From an uncultured virus (IMG/VR IMGVR_UViG_3300021431_000013) (lineage: Duplodnaviria; Heunggongvirae; Uroviricota; Caudoviricetes), in the IMG/VR virus record IMGVR_UViG_3300021431_000013: DNA of 64,000 bases; one strand, given 5' to 3'. The notes under the pieces are model-generated. The model ran no database searches. It was not told the origin of the DNA and saw only the letters and a list, made by a program, of their open reading frames with translations. Both the position numbers and the translations under genes were made by a program. Position 1 is the stretch's first letter; each line of letters opens with the position of its first letter. Of this stretch, positions 1 through 9,674 are shown piece by piece.

Positions 1-180
1 GAAAATTATTGGGCTTTTGATGAAAACGCTGAAAAAGCAAGACTGAAGGGAGAAGCTAAGTTTCACGAAATCCTGTCTAGAGCGGCGATTTCTACCTATG
101 CAGAACACGGCGCAATCTTGTTCAGTTCTAAATGTTATCCGTTAATGCACGATGTGTATGAACATAAACAAGAAGAATAA
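1..180 (+). CDS. 3' end of a hypothetical protein (truncated by window edge)
   Basis: Open frame +1 from base 1 to TAA at 178-180, followed by AGGAGG RBS of the next gene. Confidence 0.6.
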   Translation, partial: ENYWAFDENAEKARLKGEAKFHEILSRAAISTYAEHGAILFSSKCYPLMHDVYEHKQEE

Positions 181-193
181 AGGAGGTTGTTAA

Positions 194-688
194 ATGGCCG
201 TAGTAGTAATACAACATCGGCGTGGGTCATATACTAATTTTGACCCTCAGTATTTACGACCTGGAGAATGGGCAATCGTTCAAGAGAATGACCCAAACTC
301 TCCAGACGGTAAAGCTATCTATGTTTGTATATCTTCCGGGGTTATAAAACGTATCGCATCTGTTGATGAACTTGGAGACTATGATGCCCAAGCTGAACAG
401 GCTTTAGAAGATATTAGAGCAATAGCAACAAACATTGATACGCAATTAGCACAAGTTAACACTAAAGCTAGTGAAGCCGAGCAATCGGCTTCACTAGCTA
501 ATGTTGCAAAACAGGGGGCAGAAACTGCGAAACAAGGAGCCGAAACTGCTAAAGACCAAACAGAGCAGTTAGCATCCCAAGCAGAAACTACTATTACTAC
601 ACAAACAAATATTGCTATTCAAAGAATTAATGATGCCGCAGATGCGAGAGCCGCAACTATAGACACTGATGGCATCATACATCTATAA
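194..688 (+). CDS. Tail fibre-associated protein (Mtd/hyaluronidase-like N-terminal motif plus coiled coil)
   Basis: N-terminal IQHRRG...LRPGEWAIV; AKQGAET heptad repeats; AGGAGG RBS. Confidence 0.55.
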   Translation: MAVVVIQHRRGSYTNFDPQYLRPGEWAIVQENDPNSPDGKAIYVCISSGVIKRIASVDELGDYDAQAEQALEDIRAIATNIDTQLAQVNTKASEAEQSASLANVAKQGAETAKQGAETAKDQTEQLASQAETTITTQTNIAIQRINDAADARAATIDTDGIIHL

Positions 689-745
689 TTACATTTACAA
701 ATGGTAAACATTCGTGTATAATATAGATATACGGGAGGTGAGAAA

Positions 746-1537
746 ATGGCTTTTAATATAGTGACTGCGGACTTTAATAAAAGAAGTCGAGACACTAGAA
801 CTCCTCAATTATTTCAATGGGACTATGGACAAATTTTACATATAGTAGGTCTTAATTTACCGCCCGCTTTTGAGGTTCATTTCTCTAACGAACCAATAGT
901 TGGAGAAGCTGAAACACACATGACAGATGGTGAGTATATTGAGATACCATATAAATTTTTAGAACCTGGAAATACTGTATATGCGTTTATCTTTTTACAT
1001 GAAACTGATTCTGACGGTGAAACAAAATATACAATTACAATTCCAGTCAGAAAAAGACCAAAACCTATTCAAGTAGAACCTACACCAACTGAAAAATCTA
1101 TTATTGATGAAGCTATCGTAGCCCTAAACAATGCGATAACAAAAACAAATGAGAATGTAGAACAGTCGAAGGAATATTCTGAAGATTCAGAACGATATGC
1201 TCAACAGTCCTTAGAACACTCCCAGAACTCTGCCGAATCTGCAAGACAAGCAAAACAGTCTGAAGATAATGCGAAATCATCAGAAACCAATTCTAAAGCA
1301 TATGCTGAAAGGGCTGAATTTGCGAAAACTAAATCTGAAGAATTTGCAAGCAATGCCTATCAGTCTGAACTTAATGCAGAGGATGCGGCAACTAGAGCAG
1401 AACAATCTGCGGCAGTTAGTGGCTACATGTTTTTCGATATAGGCGAAGATGGACATTTATATTTAGATAAAACACGCAATGTTGATGTTGATTTTTATTT
1501 AAGCACTATAGATGGTCATTTATACGTAACTGAGTAA
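746..1537 (+). CDS. Baseplate/tail fibre protein (BppU-like N-terminus, coiled-coil stalk)
   Basis: LFQWDYGQIL...FEVHFSN beta domain, then Ala/Ser/Glu-rich helical stalk; tail context. Confidence 0.5.
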   Translation: MAFNIVTADFNKRSRDTRTPQLFQWDYGQILHIVGLNLPPAFEVHFSNEPIVGEAETHMTDGEYIEIPYKFLEPGNTVYAFIFLHETDSDGETKYTITIPVRKRPKPIQVEPTPTEKSIIDEAIVALNNAITKTNENVEQSKEYSEDSERYAQQSLEHSQNSAESARQAKQSEDNAKSSETNSKAYAERAEFAKTKSEEFASNAYQSELNAEDAATRAEQSAAVSGYMFFDIGEDGHLYLDKTRNVDVDFYLSTIDGHLYVTE

Positions 1538-1549
1538 AGGAGGTGTACA

Positions 1550-2092
1550 ATGCCTAAAGATTTAGGAATAGTAGATGCTTATGCGTTTGCCGTAAGTAAG
1601 GGCTATACTGGTACACGGGAAGAATTTGCTGAACTCATGGCAAGTTATGCTAGTGTTGCAGAAAGAGCGGAAGCAAGTGCAGACAGAGCAGAACAAGCAA
1701 AAACAGACGCAGAACGTGCAAGAGATACAGCTAGTACATCAGCAAGCACAGCAACAACAAAAGCATCTGAAGCTAGTATATCAGCGTCTAACGCTAATCA
1801 GAGTGCAACGACAGCAAGTACTAAAGCGTCTGAAGCTAGTACCTCAGCATCTAATGCCGAAGCATCAGCACAAACTGCAAGTACTAAAGCTGGTGAAGCA
1901 AGTACATCAGCACAAACCGCTAGCACAAAAGCATCTGAAGCATCGGCAAGTGCAACATCTGCTAATACTGCTAAGACAGCGGCAGAAACAGCAAAAACTG
2001 CGGCAGAGACTGCACAACAAAAAGCAGAACAAGCGGCTGAACAATCAAAAGATTATAAGCCTCAGATTGTTAATGATATTATAGTATTTTAG
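1550..2092 (+). CDS. Ala/Ser/Thr-rich tail fibre stalk protein
   Basis: AVSKGYTGTREEF motif and repeated TASTKASEAS units typical of fibre stalks. Confidence 0.6.
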   Translation: MPKDLGIVDAYAFAVSKGYTGTREEFAELMASYASVAERAEASADRAEQAKTDAERARDTASTSASTATTKASEASISASNANQSATTASTKASEASTSASNAEASAQTASTKAGEASTSAQTASTKASEASASATSANTAKTAAETAKTAAETAQQKAEQAAEQSKDYKPQIVNDIIVF

Positions 2093-2105
2093 AAAGGAAG
2101 GCAAA

Positions 2106-4262
2106 ATGAGTATTCAAGGATTTCAGTTTGAAGATAGTGATGTGATTCATAAATATGATTACGAATCACTAGAGAATAAGCCAGAATTTGACACCACGCT
2201 TACACAAACTGGAAAAATACCAGATGCTAAAAAAGTTGGCGATGAGATAAGTAATTTAAAAGAAGATTTTAATAGCGCATTTGAATACGAATATTCAAAG
2301 AATAGGTTCAACGGCGAAGTAACCGCAGGCGGTATTATTCAAAACACAACAGGCGAAGTTGTTGAATTGTCGAGCCATTCATATAGCGATTGGATTGATA
2401 TTTCAAATCATGGGTCGGATAACGTGGTGTTTTCGAACGCAACAAGCACATCAGCATCCTATACTAATCTGCGCTATGCTTTTTATGATGCAAACGAAAC
2501 ATTTGTATCGGGTGGAATTGCACCGACAAAGCAAAATGATGCAACATTGCATAGAGATTATGCAGTAATAACAACACCTGCAAACGCTGTATATATGCGC
2601 TTTTCAGTGCCGACCTCATGGTTTAATTTAACGGACAAGGTACAGATTGAATACGGACAGGTGAGCGCATATTCGGCATATACTGGAGATATTCCGACAT
2701 TAAAAGATACATCATTACCCATAGACTTAATGGATGATGTTGGCAGTATGATAGCAGATGCAACCGCCGAATTTACGGAATTTGTTAATTCCGACAAAGA
2801 ACGCTTTACACAGGATACGGAAATACAGTTAACGTGGATTGATGGTGAATATTACAATCTGACAACAGGAGCTGTTGCAACGGCATCTGGATATTCAAGG
2901 ACAGCAAAAGCCGAGTGTAAAGCGGGCGACATTATCAGAATCATCAATAACAAAGGGCAGATTCTATGGTTCGATAACAATGACAATCTGCTTTTGAATG
3001 AAAGCACTTCGTATAATTCGAGCATATACCGGGTTGCTCCAACCAATGCGGCCAAATATGCCTTTAATAATCAAGACGCAACAGTTAGAGCAACAGCATG
3101 TCATAAGACCAATACAGCAACCGACATTATCAGCCATACATTCAAAGCACCTGCAAGGCTTATCTGCGGTTCGGATCGTTTCGAAAGCGGTCAATATGTT
3201 TCAACAACTAACGGCAGATATTATTCTGGGAGTGCCTACTCTACGTATTTCTGTCTGCCAGTTTGGGAAGTGGAGCCAAGCCACAAATACAGGACACAAA
3301 CCCAGGCACAGATTGTTTTCTATACAGACACAATGCAGTATATAAGCGCAATAGACAATGTTATCAACGGTAGCCAGTACACAGGATTGCCTATTGAAAT
3401 GGATTTTGAAACACCATCTACCTGCAAATTCATTGCAATAAATTCGAAATCAGCGCATGAACAGTTGTACGACATTGAATCATATACAATTCTGGGAAAC
3501 ATTGAGAATCTACCAAAATTGCATGGAAAAACAGTTGTCTGCTTCGGGGATTCGATCACGGGTAACTACGGTTTTGGCGATAACTATCCGTACCAGATCG
3601 AAGAAAAAACAGGGGCAAAAACATACAACTGCGGATTCGGCGGTTGTCGGATGGAACTTCTTCACAACGAAACAACCGTGCATACAAACCCGTTTTCAAT
3701 GTGCGGAATTGTTGATGCATTGGAATCTGGAGATTGGACAGATCAAGACCAGTACGCAATGGGGGTATCTAGCAGAGTATATTTCCGCTTGCAGATTCTA
3801 AAATCAATAGATTTTAGTAAGGTTGACATTGTGACGATCGCCTACGGAACAAACGAGGGCGGTTATCCGCAGGATGATCCAGAAGATCCTTATAACAAAT
3901 ACACATATGCAGGTGCGACAAGATACGCTATCAATAAGCTGTTAACACTGTACCCAAAATTAAGGATTGTACTGTTGACTCCAATATTCAGATGGTATAC
4001 CGATACAAACGAAAGCAGTGATACAAAGGTTAATCCAACATATGGTGGTAAACTTACAGATAATGTTGCAACACTTATAAGCGTAGGCCGTGAGTTAAAA
4101 ATGCCGGTCATCGACCTTTATTATACACTGGGAATAAATGCCGATAACAGAACGTCATATTTCGGAGATGACGACGAACAGTCAGACGGTACGCATATCA
4201 ACAGCTATGGACGTGAGCAGATGGGCAGACGGATAGCAGGCGAATTAAACAGACTGTTTTAA
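2106..4262 (+). CDS. Receptor-binding/tailspike-like protein with C-terminal SGNH/GDSL esterase domain
   Basis: FGDSIT (block I), YGTNE (block III), DGTHIN (block V); repeated beta-rich modules upstream. Confidence 0.8.
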   Translation: MSIQGFQFEDSDVIHKYDYESLENKPEFDTTLTQTGKIPDAKKVGDEISNLKEDFNSAFEYEYSKNRFNGEVTAGGIIQNTTGEVVELSSHSYSDWIDISNHGSDNVVFSNATSTSASYTNLRYAFYDANETFVSGGIAPTKQNDATLHRDYAVITTPANAVYMRFSVPTSWFNLTDKVQIEYGQVSAYSAYTGDIPTLKDTSLPIDLMDDVGSMIADATAEFTEFVNSDKERFTQDTEIQLTWIDGEYYNLTTGAVATASGYSRTAKAECKAGDIIRIINNKGQILWFDNNDNLLLNESTSYNSSIYRVAPTNAAKYAFNNQDATVRATACHKTNTATDIISHTFKAPARLICGSDRFESGQYVSTTNGRYYSGSAYSTYFCLPVWEVEPSHKYRTQTQAQIVFYTDTMQYISAIDNVINGSQYTGLPIEMDFETPSTCKFIAINSKSAHEQLYDIESYTILGNIENLPKLHGKTVVCFGDSITGNYGFGDNYPYQIEEKTGAKTYNCGFGGCRMELLHNETTVHTNPFSMCGIVDALESGDWTDQDQYAMGVSSRVYFRLQILKSIDFSKVDIVTIAYGTNEGGYPQDDPEDPYNKYTYAGATRYAINKLLTLYPKLRIVLLTPIFRWYTDTNESSDTKVNPTYGGKLTDNVATLISVGRELKMPVIDLYYTLGINADNRTSYFGDDDEQSDGTHINSYGREQMGRRIAGELNRLF

Positions 4263-4380
4263 AAGGAACGGCTATGGATTTCTCAAAATACAAATGCGGA
4301 GTAACAGGATTAACTTGTTGCGGTTGTTCGTTTTATTGAGAACATAGGAAACTAACTTAAAGCGAACTTATAAACAGTGA

Positions 4381-4400
4381 GGGTTGTCTTCGGGCAGCCC
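4381..4400 (+). terminator. Hairpin after the tail module (possible terminator)
   Basis: GGGTTGTC-TTCG-GGCAGCCC; no clear U-tract. Confidence 0.4.
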
Positions 4401-4423
4401 CATCACATATAGAGGAGACAAAT

Positions 4424-4612
4424 ATGGCAAAATACAGAAAGAAACCTGTAGTTATTGAAGCGTATCAGACGGACAAGGAAATTGACATCGAAACTCTTGA
4501 AGGAGTTATGCACGCAAGTGTAGGCGATTATATTATTACTGGTGTTCACGGTGAACAGTATCCTTGTAAACCTGACATTTTTATGCAGACTTATGAGAAA
4601 GTATCTGATTAG
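4424..4612 (+). CDS. Small conserved phage protein (PGDYG-like)
   Basis: [10 protein letters not shown]...[20 protein letters not shown] motif. Confidence 0.7.
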   Translation: MAKYRKKPVVIEAYQTDKEIDIETLEGVMHASVGDYIITGVHGEQYPCKPDIFMQTYEKVSD

Positions 4613-4681
4613 TTGGTACACATTGTCATTGTTTAACTATCTGTAGTATGTTATAATAAAGAAAAACAGGAGGTAAGTAAG

Positions 4682-4963
4682 ATGGCGTATATTCCAATTA
4701 TCATATCTGTATTATCTTTATTATTAGCCGCCTATACATTTTTTAGCAAAGAAAGCAAAGAAAATACTTCCGAATTAACAACAGTGATTGTTAAGTTGGA
4801 AAATATAGGTAGCGGAATTGCAGATATTAAGGCTGAATTAAATACCATTAAGAAAGACCAGCGTGATGACCATGACAAACTCATTCGTCTTGATGAATCA
4901 CTCGATAGTGCTTGGCATAGGATTAACACGTTAGAGAAACAGAGCAAAGATGCAGATATATGA
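4682..4963 (+). CDS. Membrane-anchored coiled-coil protein (holin/XhlA-like)
   Basis: N-terminal TM helix followed by coiled coil; GGAGGT RBS. Confidence 0.5.
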   Translation: MAYIPIIISVLSLLLAAYTFFSKESKENTSELTTVIVKLENIGSGIADIKAELNTIKKDQRDDHDKLIRLDESLDSAWHRINTLEKQSKDADI

Positions 4964-5150
4964 TTTTACTGTTCCCGAACTAGATAAGTTACGAGAATTG
5001 TGTAATTTTTCGGATGCAGAATTGGAATATTTCAACTTACGAGCTAGACATAAATCAAATGTAGAAATATCAATGACAATGCACGTATCAGAGGCACAAG
5101 TTTCAAAACTTGCGAGAAAAGTAAAAGATAAAATCAAAAGGATAATTTAA
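4950..5150 (+). CDS. Small HTH regulator (LuxR/GerE or sigma region-4-like)
   Basis: FSDAELEYFNL...SNVEIS...VSEAQVSKLARKVKDKIK. Confidence 0.65.
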   Translation: MQIYDFTVPELDKLRELCNFSDAELEYFNLRARHKSNVEISMTMHVSEAQVSKLARKVKDKIKRII

Positions 5151-5365
5151 TATAATTTCTGTATAATTTTTATAGCATAATTATAAAGACATCGTACAAG
5201 TTACAGTGTCTTTTTTATTTTACAATTAAATAAAGAAAAAGAAGGAGGCACGTAACATGCAAGATATTGGTAGTGTTCTTAATGAAATTATGATTACTGA
5301 AAATTGCTCATCGGTTCGGGCCTTCTTTTTATTGTCCGAAAACTTAGAGGAGAGGAGAACGTCTG

Positions 5366-5746
5366 ATGGGTTACGTAAATTACAATCCAAATCCAATGAG
5401 AAAACTCGTAGGCGATTGCGTAATAAGAGCGATTTCTAAAAGTTTAAATAAGGATTGGGAAGACACATATTTAGATATTGTAATGAAAGGTTATGTTATG
5501 CACGATATGCCATCGTCTAATGATGTATGGGGAACATATTTGGCAGAACACGGATTTAAACGTTATGTTATCCCAGATACTTGCCCTCATTGTTATACAG
5601 TCGAACAATTTGTTGAAGACAATCCAGATTTAACAGGAATACTTGCAACCGGTACTCATGTTATCGCTGTCGGTGATGGCAACTATTATGATACATGGGA
5701 CAGTGGAAATGAAGTACCGATTTATTACTGGCGAAAGGAGAATTAA
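5366..5746 (+). CDS. Conserved phage protein with possible Cys-His-Asp papain-like triad
   Basis: NPNP..GDCVIRAI, GTHVIAV, YYDTWDS. Confidence 0.55.
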   Translation: MGYVNYNPNPMRKLVGDCVIRAISKSLNKDWEDTYLDIVMKGYVMHDMPSSNDVWGTYLAEHGFKRYVIPDTCPHCYTVEQFVEDNPDLTGILATGTHVIAVGDGNYYDTWDSGNEVPIYYWRKEN

Positions 5747-5748
5747 AG

Positions 5749-6180
5749 ATGGCTTATAATAACGGATTTCCTGTAACTTATCCACAAATGTATCCACAGT
5801 ACAACTATGTTCCACAACAGCAGTTTAATCAATCAGTTGTACCGCAACAGCAAGCAGTTGTACAACAACCAGTGAATGATAATGGAATACTTTGGGTACA
5901 GGGTGAAGCAGGAGCAAAATCATGGGCAGTCGCTCCGGGCAAAAGTGTAATGTTAATGGACAGTGAATCAAATACTTTCTATATCAAATCATCTGATAAT
6001 AGCGGTATGCCTATGCCGTTAAGAATATTTGATTATAGAGAACGTACAACACAGCAGACACAACCGCAAGTAGTACAACATACTGAAGTCGATACATCTA
6101 AGTTTGTTACTTGGGAAGAGTTTAATAAACGTCTTGCAGAATTAACAGCACCGAAAGCAGAGGTGGAAATAGATGGCTAA
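5749..6180 (+). CDS. Hypothetical protein with Gln/Pro/Tyr-rich N-terminus
   Basis: ORF with RBS; WVQGEAGAKS...MDSE domain. Confidence 0.7.
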   Translation: MAYNNGFPVTYPQMYPQYNYVPQQQFNQSVVPQQQAVVQQPVNDNGILWVQGEAGAKSWAVAPGKSVMLMDSESNTFYIKSSDNSGMPMPLRIFDYRERTTQQTQPQVVQHTEVDTSKFVTWEEFNKRLAELTAPKAEVEIDG

Positions 6181-6397
6181 TCAGTTATTCAATATGTTAG
6201 GTGGAAATAATTTACCTGGACCGTTCGGTAATATGCAACAGATGATGTCTCAGCTTAATCAATTTAGACAGGGTTTCCAAGGTGATGCTAAACAGCAAGT
6301 ACAACAGCTTCTTAATTCTGGAAGAATGTCACAGGAACAATATAATAAATTATCTCAAATGGCAACTCAGATACAGAATATGCTTACAAGTAAATAA
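6173..6397 (+). CDS. Gln/Met/Asn-rich small helical protein
   Basis: ORF overlapping the previous stop; GAGGTG RBS. Confidence 0.7.
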   Translation: MANQLFNMLGGNNLPGPFGNMQQMMSQLNQFRQGFQGDAKQQVQQLLNSGRMSQEQYNKLSQMATQIQNMLTSK

Positions 6398-6456
6398 GTA
6401 TACAAACCGTTGGCCAAGGTTAAGTATAAATTAAAACAACGAAAGGAGTTAAAGTT

Positions 6457-7371
6457 ATGGCTTTAACAGAAAATGGAGGTAACGATATGGTTATGCCCGT
6501 AGCACCGATGTACGGTGGTGGCGGTTCTGGCTTTGGTGGCTGGGGCGGCGATAACGGCTGGTGGATTATACTGCTCTTTCTGTTTGCTCTCGGTGGTTGG
6601 GGCAACGGCTTTGGCGGTGGTTATGGTGGAGGTGGCGCTATGCCTTATATCATGAACACTACAACTAATGCCGATGTACAGAGAGGATTTGACCAGCAGG
6701 CAGTTATGAGTGGGATTTCTGGACTCCAGAGTGGTATTTCTGGACTTTCTACTCAACTTTGCGGATGTTGTGCAGACGTCCAGCAGTCTCTCTGCAACGG
6801 TTTTGCAGGAGTTAATGCAACAGTTAATAGTGGGTTCGCTAATGCTGAAACAGCGGCCAATGCACGTCAGATGGCAAACATGAATCAGGCGTTTGGTGCC
6901 CAGACAGCTATGATGCAAGGTTTTAATAGTTTAGGTACTCAGTTTGCAGATTGTTACTGTGAGAACCGACTTGGTTTAGCTGACCTTAAATATACGGTAG
7001 CCACTGAAAACTGTGCGGACCGTAATCAGGCATCCCAAAATACAAGAGATATAATTGATTCTCAGACACGTGGTACTCAGGCTATTCTGGATAAACTTTG
7101 CCAGCTTGAACTTGACGGTGTTAAAGCACAGGTTGATGCTAAGAATGACAGAATTGTTGACCTTCAGAATCAGCTTAATATGGCTACATTCCGTGAATCT
7201 CAGGCGGCTCAGAACGCACTCTTTGCACAGGGCATGAATAATGAAGTCGATGCACTGTACAACAGATTAAGTAACTGCCCAGTTCCGACTACACCGGTAT
7301 ACGGCAGAACACCTATTTTCACTTGCAACAATAACGGTTGCGGATGTGGTTGCGGCAATAACGGCTTCTAA
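6457..7371 (+). CDS. Gly-rich membrane-anchored coiled-coil protein with Cys-rich tail
   Basis: GGWGG repeats, WWIILLFLFAL TM segment, CCxD motifs, C-terminal CNNNGCGCGCG; strongly biased codon usage. Confidence 0.75.
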   Translation: MALTENGGNDMVMPVAPMYGGGGSGFGGWGGDNGWWIILLFLFALGGWGNGFGGGYGGGGAMPYIMNTTTNADVQRGFDQQAVMSGISGLQSGISGLSTQLCGCCADVQQSLCNGFAGVNATVNSGFANAETAANARQMANMNQAFGAQTAMMQGFNSLGTQFADCYCENRLGLADLKYTVATENCADRNQASQNTRDIIDSQTRGTQAILDKLCQLELDGVKAQVDAKNDRIVDLQNQLNMATFRESQAAQNALFAQGMNNEVDALYNRLSNCPVPTTPVYGRTPIFTCNNNGCGCGCGNNGF

Positions 7372-7382
7372 GGAGGTGCGTC

Positions 7383-7853
7383 ATGGCTTGCGAATTTTTG
7401 TATAATCCAATACAGGAAGTAGCATTAAATGCTCCTATTCTGTTTGATACATCTATTCCTTGTAATCGTGGTAATATCTACCATGAGAACAACACCGGGA
7501 ATTTTATTCTCAAGGGTGCGAAATCCAATTCAAATTGTTGCTGTAATCAATTTGCTCAGTACCAAGTTACTTTCAATGGCAATATAGCTATTCCAGAAGG
7601 TGGTACAGTTACTCCGATAGCTGTTGCCCTCGCTGTGAACGGTGAACCGAGATTAACCTCTAGGGCAATTTATACTCCGGCGGCCGTTGAAGAATTTGGC
7701 AATGTAACTAGTACTGCGATTATTAAAGTACCAAGATGTTGCTGTTTTAGTTTATCTGTAGATGCTGTTCCGGCTACTACAGACCCAACAGTAACTCCTG
7801 CTCCAATAATCGAAGTACAAAATGCTAACTTAACTATTACCAGAATTGCATAA
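7383..7853 (+). CDS. Beta-sandwich protein (BclA C-terminal/C1q-like fold, tentative)
   Basis: All-beta pattern, YQVTFNGNI, C-terminal NANLTITRIA, CCC motifs. Confidence 0.5.
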   Translation: MACEFLYNPIQEVALNAPILFDTSIPCNRGNIYHENNTGNFILKGAKSNSNCCCNQFAQYQVTFNGNIAIPEGGTVTPIAVALAVNGEPRLTSRAIYTPAAVEEFGNVTSTAIIKVPRCCCFSLSVDAVPATTDPTVTPAPIIEVQNANLTITRIA

Positions 7854-7870
7854 GAAAGGAGGATGTTGCA

Positions 7871-8554
7871 GTGGACAAACATTATGAAGCGGTAAAAGAA
7901 ATTTTAGAAGACCAGATTAAAAAGATTGTCAAAAAGGGCGACATTTCTCCGCAGGAACTTGATAATCTGTATAAAGCATCTGCGATTGTACTTGATTATG
8001 AAACAAGGGATGCAATGAAAAAAGCAGAGGAAAAAGGTCAAGAAGGACAGTCACACGATTACTCACGTAATGGTTATAGACGAGGTGATTATAGCCGTAA
8101 CATGGGTAATGAAGGCAACTCTAATCACTATCCGTGGTTTATGTATGCTGGTGACGGTACTTATGATTTAAGTGGTCATGGCAACTCTTACGGTCCTGTT
8201 TGGAATCAGGAGATGGAAAATAAATCTATGCGGGAAGTTCATTCTAACGATATGAACAGAGGCAGAGATGGTCACAATTCCTATCGTGATTCTTATGACG
8301 GAGCATATGATGGTGCTTATGATGGAGCATATGACGGTAGTTACGATGGTAGCTATGACGGTTCTTACGACGGCTCATATCGTAGAGGCAGAGACCAGCG
8401 TACTGGTAGATACGTTAGCAGAGACAGAGGTTATAGTCGAGCAATGGATAAACAGCGTATGATTGGTAAACTTGAAGATATGATGGATGATGCTCCGTCA
8501 GAAAAAGAACGTAAGGCATTACAGCAGTGCGTTGACAAACTGGAAAGACAGTAA
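7871..8554 (+). CDS. Protein with Tyr-Asp-Gly tandem repeats
   Basis: (S/A)YDG repeated seven times, then RRGRDQRTGRYVSRD. Confidence 0.75.
   Translation: MDKHYEAVKEILEDQIKKIVKKGDISPQELDNLYKASAIVLDYETRDAMKKAEEKGQEGQSHDYSRNGYRRGDYSRNMGNEGNSNHYPWFMYAGDGTYDLSGHGNSYGPVWNQEMENKSMREVHSNDMNRGRDGHNSYRDSYDGAYDGAYDGAYDGSYDGSYDGSYDGSYRRGRDQRTGRYVSRDRGYSRAMDKQRMIGKLEDMMDDAPSEKERKALQQCVDKLERQ
8291..8380 (+). repeat. 12-nt coding tandem repeat (S/A-Y-D-G)
   Basis: tcttatgacgga gcatatgatggt gcttatgatgga gcatatgacggt... Confidence 0.85.
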
Positions 8555-8603
8555 GATTGTAGGGAGAGGGTTTATACTCTCTCCCTTTATAGGAGAATAA
8601 GAT

Positions 8604-8975
8604 ATGAATATTCAAGATGTTAAAGAAACAATTATCACGCTTGAGAACAGCGAAAATTCGCTCTCTAACGCACGGAACTTAGCGGCTCTATACATTATTG
8701 AAGAACACATGCAAAGTCGATTACAGACAAAATCAGAACGTTCTAATGATAGTATATTAAAAGAGTTACAAGATATACTACCTTCATATTTTATATATAA
8801 AGAATCAAAACGTAAATATCAGATGGGCGAAAATGATGGGGCTAAAGTAGTTATTGATTTACGCTCACTCTGCCAAGAGATTTATGAATTTGTTTCTACA
8901 TTATATAGTTGTACAAATTCGCAAGAAGAGCGAAATGAAATAAGCAAACTCGCAAAGAAAATAAGCAAATTTTAA
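8604..8975 (+). CDS. Hypothetical protein
   Basis: 123 aa ORF with AGGAG RBS. Confidence 0.65.
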   Translation: MNIQDVKETIITLENSENSLSNARNLAALYIIEEHMQSRLQTKSERSNDSILKELQDILPSYFIYKESKRKYQMGENDGAKVVIDLRSLCQEIYEFVSTLYSCTNSQEERNEISKLAKKISKF

Positions 8976-8992
8976 ATTTGTTTATTTTTTTA

Positions 8993-9021
8993 TTGACAAA
9001 CATTATACTACATGATATAAT
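8993..9021 (+). promoter_or_regulatory. Sigma-A-type promoter
   Basis: TTGACA-17-TATAAT with extended TG. Confidence 0.75.
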
Positions 9022-9053
9022 ATAAGAGAAGAAACGAAAGAGAGGGACACTGA

Positions 9054-9602
9054 ATGAAAGATATTAATATGTTATTCGGAGACGCTAGAGAGGTATTAGA
9101 CAGCTTAAATATCGAGTACGGCAACATTCTTGCTATTAACGTAAACTCAAGGGCAAAAAGCAGGTGGGGCAGATGTTATAGCAAAGGAAATAATAATTAC
9201 GTTCTTGAGATTTCCGAAAGATTATTACAGGACGATGTTTATTGGGAAGCGGCTATGAATACTATGATTCACGAACTTCTCCACGCTCACAAAGATAGAA
9301 TGTGTCATACAGGTGAGTGGAAAAGATGTGCTAATCTTGTAAACAAATATTATCCGCAGTATAATATCAAACGTTGTACCAGCAGTGAAGAAAAGGGCAT
9401 TAAAGAAGAACGTCATGCAACACGTAGGGAATCTTACAAGTATGAAATTACTTGTGACGGTTGTGGATATGTTGATAAGTATAAAAGAATGTCACCAGTT
9501 GTTAAACTGATTCTTGCAAACCCTAAAAATTCCGGATGCAGATGTACATTATGTAAATGCACCTCTTTTACAGTGAGAACTTTACAAAATTTTTCGCTGT
9601 AG
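9054..9602 (+). CDS. SprT-like zinc metalloprotease
   Basis: RWGRC, HELLH, CHTGEWK, C-terminal CxxC...CxxC zinc ribbon. Confidence 0.85.
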   Translation: MKDINMLFGDAREVLDSLNIEYGNILAINVNSRAKSRWGRCYSKGNNNYVLEISERLLQDDVYWEAAMNTMIHELLHAHKDRMCHTGEWKRCANLVNKYYPQYNIKRCTSSEEKGIKEERHATRRESYKYEITCDGCGYVDKYKRMSPVVKLILANPKNSGCRCTLCKCTSFTVRTLQNFSL

Positions 9603-9606
9603 AGTG

Positions 9607-9635
9607 TTGACAAGTACTTATTCATGTAGTATAAT
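9607..9635 (+). promoter_or_regulatory. Sigma-A-type phage promoter (TGTAG-TATAAT class)
   Basis: TTGACA-17-TATAAT. Confidence 0.8.
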
Positions 9636-9674
9636 GTTAAATGTAAGATAAACAAGCACGAAAGGAGAAACAAA

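Noticed and set aside
1626..2084. Gln/Leu/His-rich alternative-frame ORF
   Set aside because: By-product of the GCA/ACA/TCA repeat coding of the fibre protein.
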